From a virus, in the IMG/VR virus record IMGVR_UViG_3300046787_000438, positions 32,001 to 96,000 of that record: 64,000 nucleotides of DNA. One strand, written 5' to 3'. Positions within the stretch are counted from its first letter, which is position 1; each line of letters begins with the position of its first letter. The translations under genes and the position numbers were made by a program. This document shows positions 51,500 through 60,218 of this stretch, piece by piece. The notes under the pieces were generated by a model. It was not told where the DNA came from and did not search any database. It saw nothing but the letters and a program-made list of their open reading frames with translations.

Positions 51500-51613
51500 A
51501 TGACGCACACTCATGTGACTTACTCATCGGGAGTAAACGCTGAGCAGTATTGGTGGTGTTGGTGTGGCAAGCGTTACACCAATCCGCTATTTATCAAAGG
51601 AGAGAAGTAAATG
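51480..51613 (+). repeat. 23-nt direct repeat TTATCAAAGGAGAGAAGTAAATG (51480..51502 and 51591..51613)
   Basis: Exact match read from the sequence. Confidence 0.9.
51500..51610 (+). CDS. 36-aa peptide between the junction repeats
   Basis: MTHTHVTYSSGVNAEQYWWCWCGKRYTNPLFIKGEK. Confidence 0.6.
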   Translation: MTHTHVTYSSGVNAEQYWWCWCGKRYTNPLFIKGEK

Positions 51614-51892
51614 GGTAAGAAAGAACCAATTCATAAGCTGACTCTTGACGAGTACGATGAGCTGACTATGGAAAATCAAATTCTTGGTGCTCAGTCCGAA
51701 CGTGGCAAGATTATTGCCGAGCTTGAGCGTCGCGCTGGGCAAATGATGGATTTTGCTGAGTGTATGGAATCTACTAAAGATAAAAATTCCTACTCTCGTT
51801 ATGCATTTGGTCTTCAGATGGCAGTACGTATTGTAAATGAGTTACGTCCATATGAGGAAAATGTTGGCTGCCCTGAATGCGAGGCTTTCTAG
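51611..51892 (+). CDS. Hypothetical protein with C-terminal CxxC
   Basis: Strong RBS within the repeat. Confidence 0.65.
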   Translation: MGKKEPIHKLTLDEYDELTMENQILGAQSERGKIIAELERRAGQMMDFAECMESTKDKNSYSRYAFGLQMAVRIVNELRPYEENVGCPECEAF

Positions 51893-52086
51893 TGTCAGAC
51901 AACGTAAAGGTCTTTATTAACCCTAAGTCGGGATCTATCAAGATGATAGGGACTATTGATCTAGTCGATATCGAAGGCAATGTGCTTGAAACGGTAACTA
52001 ATATTAAGCTCTGTGGATGTGGTCTAACTAAAGAAAAGCCAATCTGTGATGGGGCTCATAAGCTACGTAAGTCTGAAAGTAAGTAA
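51892..52086 (+). CDS. CDGSH iron-sulfur domain protein
   Basis: LCGCGLTKEKPICDGAH matches CxCx2(S/T)x3PxCDG(S/A)H. Confidence 0.88.
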   Translation: MSDNVKVFINPKSGSIKMIGTIDLVDIEGNVLETVTNIKLCGCGLTKEKPICDGAHKLRKSESK

Positions 52087-52259
52087 TATCTGATGCCTAT
52101 ATGGGCTATATACGTCACTGCCACTGGTATGCCAATGTGGAACGGTGGGTCCCTCGAGTCCTTAGAGGGGCAACTCTCTATCTTGGAGGCGCACTTTGGG
52201 ATTGGGTCATACTATATAAATAGCATGATAGACTAAGTCTGCCTAAGATAGGAGATATT

Positions 52260-52538
52260 ATGAAGGTACTAATCAACCGTTGCCCTCACGGCTTCACCTT
52301 GTCAGAGGCTCAGAAAGAGCTTTTCCCTGAGCTAAAGACTAACCCAAACATGCAGGTGTCGGATGTAAGCCGAACTGATCCACGTCTTATTGCTTCATTT
52401 GAAGCAGGAGATAACCGTGGTGATGGTGGTTCTACTCTAACTATTGTAGAGATTCCAGATGGTGCGCAGTTCAAGGTTGCCCCTCGTGGTGGCTATGAAG
52501 AGCTTGCTTGGACGACTGGTGAACTAAACGTTATCTAA
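52260..52538 (+). CDS. Hypothetical phage protein
   Basis: MKVLIN.C..GF.LS...R.DP.LI...L.IVEIPD. Confidence 0.7.
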   Translation: MKVLINRCPHGFTLSEAQKELFPELKTNPNMQVSDVSRTDPRLIASFEAGDNRGDGGSTLTIVEIPDGAQFKVAPRGGYEELAWTTGELNVI

Positions 52539-52549
52539 AGAGGTCTACC

Positions 52550-52816
52550 ATGAGTGTTCAGCATGTAAAAGGTGATACTTGGGTTGATGACTATAATCAA
52601 GTGATTGTAAACATACATAAACCTAATCAGTGTAGGCATGACTACTGCACCATACATAATCAGTCTGAGCACCACATGGTAGGCTTCCCACAGAAGTGGC
52701 GGCAAGACAGACACTTCATGGAACGGGTATGCCCTCACGGTATAGGGCACCCAGATCCAGATGAAATTATTCAGAATTTAGTACATGCGTGTGATAGGTG
52801 TTGCATAAATGAGTAA
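52550..52816 (+). CDS. Cys/His-rich hypothetical protein
   Basis: C.IHN.S.H.M...ER.CPHG.GHPDPD...H.CD.CC. Confidence 0.7.
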   Translation: MSVQHVKGDTWVDDYNQVIVNIHKPNQCRHDYCTIHNQSEHHMVGFPQKWRQDRHFMERVCPHGIGHPDPDEIIQNLVHACDRCCINE

Positions 52817-53009
52817 AAATGTATTTGCTGAAGGTACCCCTGAGTACGAAGCATTCGAGGCTGGGATCCAAGCAGAGCGGCTAAGGCTGCGAAAGATTCT
52901 TGAAAAGTACCACACTACATTTGGGTCTGGCGACATAAATCAGTCGTCGACAAAGATGGAAATTAGATATATGTATGACTATGTCAATGAATCTAGGTCT
53001 TTGAAGTAG
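52809..53009 (+). CDS. Hypothetical protein
   Basis: Coupled ORF. Confidence 0.6.
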   Translation: MSKNVFAEGTPEYEAFEAGIQAERLRLRKILEKYHTTFGSGDINQSSTKMEIRYMYDYVNESRSLK

Positions 53010-54071
53010 ATGGGCAGTAGTCGTAGGGTAGAGGTTTTTGCAAGATCGGACTATCTTGGTAGGCCAGATAGTGATAAAGATACGACTATTTTTTCTGGTG
53101 AACTAGCCGATGCTGTTTTTTCTAACAAACTAATTAAGGTTCCGCTGCCTTATGGATGGGGACCAGGTGATGTTAAAGAAAAATATGACTCGTACAACTC
53201 TTATACCTTAAATTCATATAACTGCAGGGGACCAGAATTTTCTTCTGGAGTAGATTTTATTTTTGCTGGCTGCTCTCAAACTTTTGGTATCGGAGTTCCA
53301 GATGACGGGGTGTGGCCAAAATTTGTTGCTGAGAATCTAAATTCAACTTATGCAAATCTATCTATGCTTGGAGCTGGTATGGAATGGATAACTGACTCTA
53401 TCTATAGGTATGTAAATACTTTTGGTAAGCCTAATAGAGGAATTATTGTACTAGCGCCTGACTACTATAGAGTAGATGTTCTTGTAGATAATATTTTAAA
53501 TAGCTGCGATAGACATAGAGTTACCGACTATGTTCCTCAGTATTATGACGATAATAACCTGGATTTTCGACTAGTTACTTGTCATTTAGATAATAGCTAT
53601 CCAGTTTCTTATATGAAAAAACCTTTTTCTGTGAGCCAGACTATGCTAGAAGCCGAAGCTCTTAGAAGATCTATAAAGGCTGTAAGAGACCTAGAAATCT
53701 TTTGCGAACAAGCTGGTATACCTCTTATATGGTCAACTTGGCATGAGGGGTTAGATAGATTAGCTACTAATCTTACAGATGAATATAGGTTTAAAAATTA
53801 CCTACCTACAAATAATCTTAGGTGGCAATCAAAAATGAGTGACCTACCACTGCCCGACACTGATGAATATGATATATGTTATTACTTAGTGGATCGTAAT
53901 GGAGAATCAATTTCATGCCACTCTGATTTAGAAAGTGAATTTGGCTTAGCTTTTCACAAAGGTACCGACCGATTTAAATTTGAAAAACGTGACCAGTCTC
54001 ACATGGGTGTTCATGAGCATATACATCTTGCAGAAGCTTTTACTCAAAAAGCGCTAGAAATTGGTATGTAG
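53010..54071 (+). CDS. SGNH/GDSL-like protein, paralog family copy 4
   Basis: NSYNCRGPEF, AGCSQTFGIG, HMGVHEH. Confidence 0.6.
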   Translation: MGSSRRVEVFARSDYLGRPDSDKDTTIFSGELADAVFSNKLIKVPLPYGWGPGDVKEKYDSYNSYTLNSYNCRGPEFSSGVDFIFAGCSQTFGIGVPDDGVWPKFVAENLNSTYANLSMLGAGMEWITDSIYRYVNTFGKPNRGIIVLAPDYYRVDVLVDNILNSCDRHRVTDYVPQYYDDNNLDFRLVTCHLDNSYPVSYMKKPFSVSQTMLEAEALRRSIKAVRDLEIFCEQAGIPLIWSTWHEGLDRLATNLTDEYRFKNYLPTNNLRWQSKMSDLPLPDTDEYDICYYLVDRNGESISCHSDLESEFGLAFHKGTDRFKFEKRDQSHMGVHEHIHLAEAFTQKALEIGM

Positions 54072-54075
54072 AGAT

Positions 54076-55161
54076 ATGCCTGAACAGCCAGTAATAGTTA
54101 TACCGCCTAAAAATTATCGTAGGGAGCTAAAGTTCTCTGGTGATTTTAAGGAATCAATATTTGGTAAAACTATTATGCCTATGCCTACTCCCATATCCTG
54201 GGCAGACTCCGACATTCAACTAAACCATGATAGTTACAATAAATACACTTTAAATAACTATAATTATCGGGGGCCTGACTTCTCCAGTAACTATGATGTA
54301 TTGACTGCTGGATGTTCTCAGACATTTGGGATAGGTGTGCCTGATGATGGACCATGGCCAGTACATGTATCTGAGATGCTGAATGCATCCTATGTAAATG
54401 TCTCTATGCCAGGGGCTAGCATTGAGTGGATTATTGATTCTATATACAGATACATAGATACTTTTGGTAAACCTATCCGTGGGATTATTGCACTATTCCC
54501 TGACATTCTTAGACATGATGTGGTTATTAACTCTGAAATAAATGACACGATAGAAACTAGTGATAATGATTTTATCCCTCAGTATAGAAGCAACGATGGG
54601 AAGCTTAAGCTCCTCTCATATAGCCCAGCGGGATATCCTGCACCTAACTACCTAAAAAAGCCGTATCCTATAGAGAACACAATGGTCCTAGAAGAATCTG
54701 TAAAAGCTTCTATTACAAAAATAAAAGACTTAGAGAGATTCTGCAAGGCTGCTGGTGTAAACCTAGTCTGGTCCAGTTGGGCTGACAGTTTAGTGTGGTT
54801 AGTTAGAGGACTACCTGAAAAGTATCAGTTTGAAAATTACGTAAAGTTAGATGGATTATCTCTTTGGAAGTCACATCTATATGCCCTGGAACGCACAGAA
54901 AAAGATCCAGAGGGTATCGCGGACATCAAGTTGGCCCATATGGAAAACACAATGGCAGATTTTGGCTGCTCTAATGAGTTAGCTGAAGCTCAGGAGTGCA
55001 TATGTTTCTGGCCTTGTCACCAAAATTTAGTAGAAAAGTATGGCCTATCTTTTCATGAAGGAACTGATAGATTTACTAGAGAAGGATCTCACTATGGGGT
55101 TCACAAGCATATTCATATAGCTGAAGATTTTTCAGCAAGGGCGCTAGAGATTGGGATGTGA
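54076..55161 (+). CDS. SGNH/GDSL-like protein, copy 5 (tandem duplicate of copy 4)
   Basis: NNYNYRGPDF, AGCSQTFGIGVPDDG.WP, HYGVHKH. Confidence 0.6.
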   Translation: MPEQPVIVIPPKNYRRELKFSGDFKESIFGKTIMPMPTPISWADSDIQLNHDSYNKYTLNNYNYRGPDFSSNYDVLTAGCSQTFGIGVPDDGPWPVHVSEMLNASYVNVSMPGASIEWIIDSIYRYIDTFGKPIRGIIALFPDILRHDVVINSEINDTIETSDNDFIPQYRSNDGKLKLLSYSPAGYPAPNYLKKPYPIENTMVLEESVKASITKIKDLERFCKAAGVNLVWSSWADSLVWLVRGLPEKYQFENYVKLDGLSLWKSHLYALERTEKDPEGIADIKLAHMENTMADFGCSNELAEAQECICFWPCHQNLVEKYGLSFHEGTDRFTREGSHYGVHKHIHIAEDFSARALEIGM

Positions 55162-55406
55162 TGGCCTATAAAGATAAATTCTCCGAGAGAATAGAGCTAG
55201 ACCTAGACACTACTGCGGTACAACTAGCGGTTAAGATCGTAATGCAGGAGGGAGAGCTACGTTTCAGGGAAAAGTTTGCTGAGGTCCTAGCCTTACAAGT
55301 CATCTCGGCTCAAAAGTCCTCGCCAGATACGGAGCTTCGTTGGGAAGACGGGGTCAATTATGTAATACATCTTTTGAAGGAGATTGATCTACGTGAGTCA
55401 GAATAG
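55158..55406 (+). CDS. Hypothetical protein
   Basis: Coupled ORF. Confidence 0.6.
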   Translation: MMAYKDKFSERIELDLDTTAVQLAVKIVMQEGELRFREKFAEVLALQVISAQKSSPDTELRWEDGVNYVIHLLKEIDLRESE

Positions 55407-55734
55407 TAGTCAGCCAGCTAATTATCATGATGGACACCCTAGGGATCCATATGAAGATAGATTCCGTGATGGGTTTATAGATGGGTTCACGAGAGCCCGA
55501 GAAATATTTTGGCGCGACCTTATGCGTAAAGCTGGTGAGTGCAGATTAATGGGTGAGTCTACCGACAGCCCCTCCCTCAAAGAGCATATGGCTGCTATGG
55601 AAGTGGCTTATCGAGTCTCTGCTGACTTAATTTCTAGGTCACACACTGTATATCCAGGGGCACTTACAATAGATGCTGACCCTAATGATCCAAGATACAC
55701 CATTAAATTTGATGAAGATTTATATAAATACTGA
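55384..55734 (+). CDS. Hypothetical protein
   Basis: ORF; start uncertain. Confidence 0.55.
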   Translation: MIYVSQNSSQPANYHDGHPRDPYEDRFRDGFIDGFTRAREIFWRDLMRKAGECRLMGESTDSPSLKEHMAAMEVAYRVSADLISRSHTVYPGALTIDADPNDPRYTIKFDEDLYKY

Positions 55735-55746
55735 TACATTTTATAT

Positions 55747-56208
55747 ATGGAATCATCTAGTGAAGAAGTAAAGCACCTCTACAAGTTTGACTACTATGAG
55801 GCAGATGACAATTGCACCTATGTCGATTGGGTCTGGCTCGAGCACTCTGAGGTAGAAGACTACAAAAGTAGCTATGCTCAGGTGAAAATGCGTGTTGCTA
55901 CGCAGGATGAGGAAAACCTCTACGAAGAAGCATATGAAGATGGCTATGGCATTGCCATGATTATGGAGATGAGAAGCATCGACAACGGTGTCACCTTCAG
56001 GGTAGAGCTCTCTAAGGATGGCGATTTTGATATGGGCCACAAGATGTTTAGATGCGCCCTATGCGATAAGCATAAAGACTTCGAGGAACATGCTGCTACT
56101 GCAGGTGCTTACTACATAACTCAGTTGGTTGATGATGTCCTATGGCATGTGTGCGAAGAGTGTGTGGTCCTGGGCGAGCAGATCGATGAGATAAATCTTG
56201 ACGATTAA
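55747..56208 (+). CDS. Acidic protein with two CxxC motifs
   Basis: CALC...CEEC. Confidence 0.65.
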   Translation: MESSSEEVKHLYKFDYYEADDNCTYVDWVWLEHSEVEDYKSSYAQVKMRVATQDEENLYEEAYEDGYGIAMIMEMRSIDNGVTFRVELSKDGDFDMGHKMFRCALCDKHKDFEEHAATAGAYYITQLVDDVLWHVCEECVVLGEQIDEINLDD

Positions 56209-56479
56209 AAAACGTGTGAAGGATATCGCTGAGAGGTACACCCAGAACTATAAGAGATGCCCTTGGTGGGTTAAAGCTTCTACTTGGCTGCTCATAGGAT
56301 TGATACTTCTACCTGATCCATTTGATTGGATCCCTGGATTAACTTTTATGGATGAAGTGCTGTATGCTTCTATATTGTTACATCTTCTACACAAGTACGG
56401 TGCTCTGCCCGACGAGGATAAGAAGAGCGCAAAAGACCTAGTTAAAGAGATCCTTGGAAAGGATAGTCATGGACATTGA
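56198..56479 (+). CDS. YkvA/DUF1232-like membrane protein
   Basis: LLPDPFDWIPGL.FMDE. Confidence 0.6.
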   Translation: MTIKKRVKDIAERYTQNYKRCPWWVKASTWLLIGLILLPDPFDWIPGLTFMDEVLYASILLHLLHKYGALPDEDKKSAKDLVKEILGKDSHGH

Positions 56480-56756
56480 GGAATTCAAAGAAGTATCAAA
56501 GCCATATTACGGTGAGACATATCAAGTACTTGTAAAAAAGCAGATGGACTATGGGCCATTCAACATTGCTCGCTCGCCTGGTGGCCCGCTTAATGGTCTC
56601 CGTGTTCGTATGCATGACAAGCTAGCTCGTATCAATCACCTGATTGATAGCGGTGCAACCCCTGAAAATGAGAGTTTGCGTGACTCGTTCCTGGATCTAG
56701 CTAACTACAGCATGATTGCAATGATGGTTATTGATGACAAGTGGCCAACTGAGTAA
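56469..56756 (+). CDS. Nucleotide-modification-associated domain protein (DUF1599-like)
   Basis: KK..DYG...RM.DK.AR...ESL.DS..DLANY. Confidence 0.78.
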   Translation: MDIEEFKEVSKPYYGETYQVLVKKQMDYGPFNIARSPGGPLNGLRVRMHDKLARINHLIDSGATPENESLRDSFLDLANYSMIAMMVIDDKWPTE

Positions 56757-56925
56757 CGAAGAGGCAGAGAATTTTCGCCAAGAAGGTCGCGAAGAAGTCC
56801 TGGACTATTTAGTTGCTAGAGAGATTTTAAACTACAGCAGCTATGATAATGAGTACTTCAAGTATGACTGGAAGTCCGAGCGATTGACTCTATTCCCTTG
56901 GCGGAAAGCCGCTAATAAAGATTAG
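56731..56925 (+). CDS. Hypothetical protein
   Basis: Short ORF, start uncertain. Confidence 0.45.
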   Translation: MMTSGQLSNEEAENFRQEGREEVLDYLVAREILNYSSYDNEYFKYDWKSERLTLFPWRKAANKD

Positions 56926-56993
56926 CTCTCCAAGGTAAAATTAGTTATAAAGCATCCATTATTGCTACCATGTAGTAGAAAAGATAGAGGAAC

Positions 56994-57293
56994 ATGAGCA
57001 GCATTAGAGCCACGGAAAAGCAGCTTCGTAAGCTTCAGAAGCAACGCCATATGTATGACATTCAGCAGATGATTTTGGCTAATCCTCTACTAAAAAACCT
57101 AACTAGTCATGACCAGAAGGTACTCCAGAAGTTACTATATAAAGCTGAAATGATTGAAGTCTTCATGAGAGATAAGCAGATTGTTCGCGTCAATGAGTCT
57201 TTCGATGATATTATCAATAGCTTCAATGACATGATCAATGATGCCCTAGATGGAGACATTCGTGGCGAAGAAGATGATGACTTTAGGCCTTAA
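56994..57293 (+). CDS. Hypothetical protein
   Basis: GAGGA RBS. Confidence 0.65.
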   Translation: MSSIRATEKQLRKLQKQRHMYDIQQMILANPLLKNLTSHDQKVLQKLLYKAEMIEVFMRDKQIVRVNESFDDIINSFNDMINDALDGDIRGEEDDDFRP

Positions 57294-57837
57294 CTACAGT
57301 GTGCTAGCAGATAGAGTAGTTCTATTTCATAATGCACTTGGTGATTCTTTATTAGTCACTACTATGGCTGACGAGGGAGAATGGCGTAGTAATCAGCGAG
57401 ACAACTATGATGATGGTGTGACTCGCAGATATGAGCAGGATATCGAAATCACTAAGTCTCTTCCTTTTGGAAAATCTGTACTAGAGGACCTAAATATAGT
57501 CCTAAAGACCTATGCATCCCTAATCAACTCGCCTGCGCATGATGGGCGCGATACCATTGTTGGCGAAATGTGGTTAGCGCACGTATCAAAATATGTTTTG
57601 GGAGGGTACATAGTACCTCATAGAGATGAAGACTACACGTCTGACAATGGTATCTATACCTGTATTGTCTACTTAAATGAAGACTATACTGGAGGACATG
57701 TTGGCTTCACTGATTTTAATGTAGAGATAAAACCATCTATTGGGGATATACTAATGTTCCCTAGCTACTACATGCACTATGGCACTCCCGTAACGTCAGG
57801 AAGTAAATACATGGCAATCTCTAGACTTGAATTTTAA
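57274..57837 (+). CDS. 2OG-Fe(II) oxygenase
   Basis: PHRD...YLNEDYTGG...FPS...H...V..G.KY. Confidence 0.86.
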   Translation: MMTLGLNYSVLADRVVLFHNALGDSLLVTTMADEGEWRSNQRDNYDDGVTRRYEQDIEITKSLPFGKSVLEDLNIVLKTYASLINSPAHDGRDTIVGEMWLAHVSKYVLGGYIVPHRDEDYTSDNGIYTCIVYLNEDYTGGHVGFTDFNVEIKPSIGDILMFPSYYMHYGTPVTSGSKYMAISRLEF

Positions 57838-57845
57838 CTAAGTAC

Positions 57846-57874
57846 TTGACAAATAGTTTTAAGTGTAGTACTTT
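57846..57874 (+). promoter_or_regulatory. SigA-type promoter TTGACA-17-TACTTT
   Basis: Upstream of 57903, which has an AAAGGA RBS. Confidence 0.65.
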
Positions 57875-57902
57875 CTAAATAAGCCTTTAGAAAGGAAACT
57901 AA

Positions 57903-59054
57903 ATGAACAAGGCAATCGCAACACTCTCTGCGGTACTTATTGCCGCTACAACCCTAGTATCTGGCGGAGCTGCTTCGGCAGCACCTATCCAAGAAGCATC
58001 TGGGGTTAGCGCGTACTATCGAGCTGACCTGGGTTACAAAGTGGCTTGGCAGCTACCTTCTGACAAGACTGGCATCACTGGATATGTGGTAACCGCTAAC
58101 AGCGGGCAGACCTGTGCCGTAGTTGGTGGCCTGACTAATACCTGTACTTTTAAAGCCATTCAGCTAGGGTATTCGGGAAGTTTTAACTTTACAGTGTCTA
58201 CTAAGAGTGGCGCTAATACTCTAGCAGTCTCTTCAGTATCTAATACCGTGGGGCCTGCTTCTACCCCTACTGCTCCAATTCTACTAACCTCTGAAGCAGC
58301 TTCTAGCACCATAATCAATGTTGCATGGATTCCTAGCCCTGGTACTGGAAACCTAGACCTGTATGGCTACAAGGTGACTTATTGGAAGTCGGACTTGGTT
58401 GGCACCCCTGTAAATGCGACCAAGATTGTAAAGGTTGTTAGTGAAACTTCTACATCTTTGTCGGTCTCGCCTAAGACGATGTACATCATCGATGTAGCTG
58501 CCTGTAACGCGCTCGGATGTAACTCGACCAACTACTGGTCATACGTGGCTACGGACCCTGCATCTGCTGAAGTTAAGGCTGTAAAGCTCCCTACCATCAT
58601 TAGTGGTGGCTCTGCTTCTACTACGTGCTTCGACTCTATCTATGATGCAAACACTGGTGAATCGGCCACTGGTAACTGCGGTTCTGTAGTGGCTAACCCT
58701 AGTACTTATCCAGTGATTAATTCAAGTGCTACTGAGCTAGTGCTCCCTAACCTAGCTACTAAGCTTGCTAACCAGGCTGTACTATCTAACTTCTTGAAGT
58801 CTTACTCGCTCAGGACCTGGGCACCAATTGGTATCCCGTGGTTCGCTAACTTGACTAGTACGAGCAAGTCAACAACTCTAGGCTTCACTACTACTGCCAC
58901 GGTTAGCTCCTCTACCCCTGCAATATGTTCTGTGGTTGGAGAAAAGATTATGCTTACTGCAATCGGAACCTGTAAACTTGCTGGGTACGTAGATGGCAAT
59001 AGTGTATTTAAACCAAGCAATACTGCTAGCGCTTCATTTACTGTCACTAATTAG
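57903..59054 (+). CDS. Secreted Ser/Thr-rich FN3-domain protein
   Basis: Signal peptide ending AASA; FN3-like V.W..P...ITGY.V and INVAW.P...GYKVTY. Confidence 0.72.
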   Translation: MNKAIATLSAVLIAATTLVSGGAASAAPIQEASGVSAYYRADLGYKVAWQLPSDKTGITGYVVTANSGQTCAVVGGLTNTCTFKAIQLGYSGSFNFTVSTKSGANTLAVSSVSNTVGPASTPTAPILLTSEAASSTIINVAWIPSPGTGNLDLYGYKVTYWKSDLVGTPVNATKIVKVVSETSTSLSVSPKTMYIIDVAACNALGCNSTNYWSYVATDPASAEVKAVKLPTIISGGSASTTCFDSIYDANTGESATGNCGSVVANPSTYPVINSSATELVLPNLATKLANQAVLSNFLKSYSLRTWAPIGIPWFANLTSTSKSTTLGFTTTATVSSSTPAICSVVGEKIMLTAIGTCKLAGYVDGNSVFKPSNTASASFTVTN

Positions 59055-59060
59055 TACGAC

Positions 59061-59102
59061 AAAAGAAATCCCCCTAGATTAAAACCTAGGGGGTTTCTCT
59101 TT
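59061..59102. terminator. Bidirectional intrinsic terminator
   Basis: CCCCCTAG...CTAGGGGG between convergent genes, with A- and T-tails. Confidence 0.85.
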
Positions 59103-59114
59103 ATCTTGTCGGGA

Positions 59115-59960
59115 TTAGTCTAGGAAAGCCCAAGTCTTAGGACCAACGATACCGTCAACCTTTAGACCATGCTTACTCTGCAGTGCTTCGACTGCTACGT
59201 GGGTTTTCTCACCAAAGGTTCCATCAACAACAACCTTAAGCTGCTGCTGAATGAACTTAACTGAGTTACCTGTTGCACCTTTCTGAACATAGTGTCCAGG
59301 GTATCCAGGGTTAGAGATAACTACAGGAGCCACTACAGTAGGAGCTGCTGGTGTAGCTTTAGACACTGCCTTCTTCTGTGCAATAACTGCATCGACCTTA
59401 GCTGCCTGTGCTTCGTTGTGCTCTGGTGCATCCTCTACTGGATCGTCATCAGTCGCAACAACTGCAGCTGAAGCGATAGCTTTCTCCTTAGCAATAAGAG
59501 CCTTAAAGAATGCGATTGGTTCGATGTAGTTCTTACCCATTGCATCCCATGTATGAACCTTGCCGAGACGTAGCTCCCAGTGGAGGTGCTTGCCAGTTGA
59601 CATACCAGTTGTGCCCATCTTGCCTAGCATCTGACCTGCTGTGACCTTGTCGCCCTTCTTAACTTTAAGAGAGCCGTCCTTCATGTGAGCATAAAGTGTG
59701 GTGTAGAACTTGCCATCAATCTTGTGTAGAAGGATAACGTAGTTACCGAAGCCACCGCCTGGACTGGTTGACTTCTTTGCCTCTAAAACCTTACCGTCAT
59801 ATGGAGCCTCGATGATGCATGGTTCGTGTGGCGACCAGATGTCGGTACCATTGTGGTGCTTCTTTTGCTTGGTGACTGGGTGGATGCGCATACCCATGAG
59901 GCTGGTTGCCTTAAAGTCTTTACCAAGTTTTCCGTCGATTGGATATTGGGCCTTAGCCAT
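59115..59960 (-). CDS. Endolysin: M23 peptidase plus C-terminal peptidoglycan-binding domain
   Basis: HNGTD, YAH, STG.HLHWE; DG.FG.KT...Q..HGLKVDGIVGPKTW. Confidence 0.92.
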   Translation of the reverse strand: MAKAQYPIDGKLGKDFKATSLMGMRIHPVTKQKKHHNGTDIWSPHEPCIIEAPYDGKVLEAKKSTSPGGGFGNYVILLHKIDGKFYTTLYAHMKDGSLKVKKGDKVTAGQMLGKMGTTGMSTGKHLHWELRLGKVHTWDAMGKNYIEPIAFFKALIAKEKAIASAAVVATDDDPVEDAPEHNEAQAAKVDAVIAQKKAVSKATPAAPTVVAPVVISNPGYPGHYVQKGATGNSVKFIQQQLKVVVDGTFGEKTHVAVEALQSKHGLKVDGIVGPKTWAFLD

Positions 59961-60186
59961 TTTGGCTCCTTTGTATTAGTTTGTTCTTAGCTGTTACGTG
60001 GCAAAACTCCCTCATGTAGGCTCCCGTGAAAGCCGTGAAGTTGATCCTGTACGCATCAGTAGATCGTTGTAATTGTTGGCCCATGCACCATTCTCGGGCT
60101 GCCTTTGTAGCCTGTGCACGAACCTCTTTAGTGTCTGCCTCGAAGCTATACTTCAGGTAGAAAAAAAGGCGGGAGAGTCCTCTCAT
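59953..60186 (-). CDS. Hypothetical protein upstream of the endolysin
   Basis: TGCGGTAAAAT 6 nt upstream of the ATG. Confidence 0.6.
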   Translation of the reverse strand: MRGLSRLFFYLKYSFEADTKEVRAQATKAAREWCMGQQLQRSTDAYRINFTAFTGAYMREFCHVTAKNKLIQRSQNG

Positions 60187-60218
60187 ACGGTAATTTTACC
60201 GCAGAGTTAGATAGGTGA

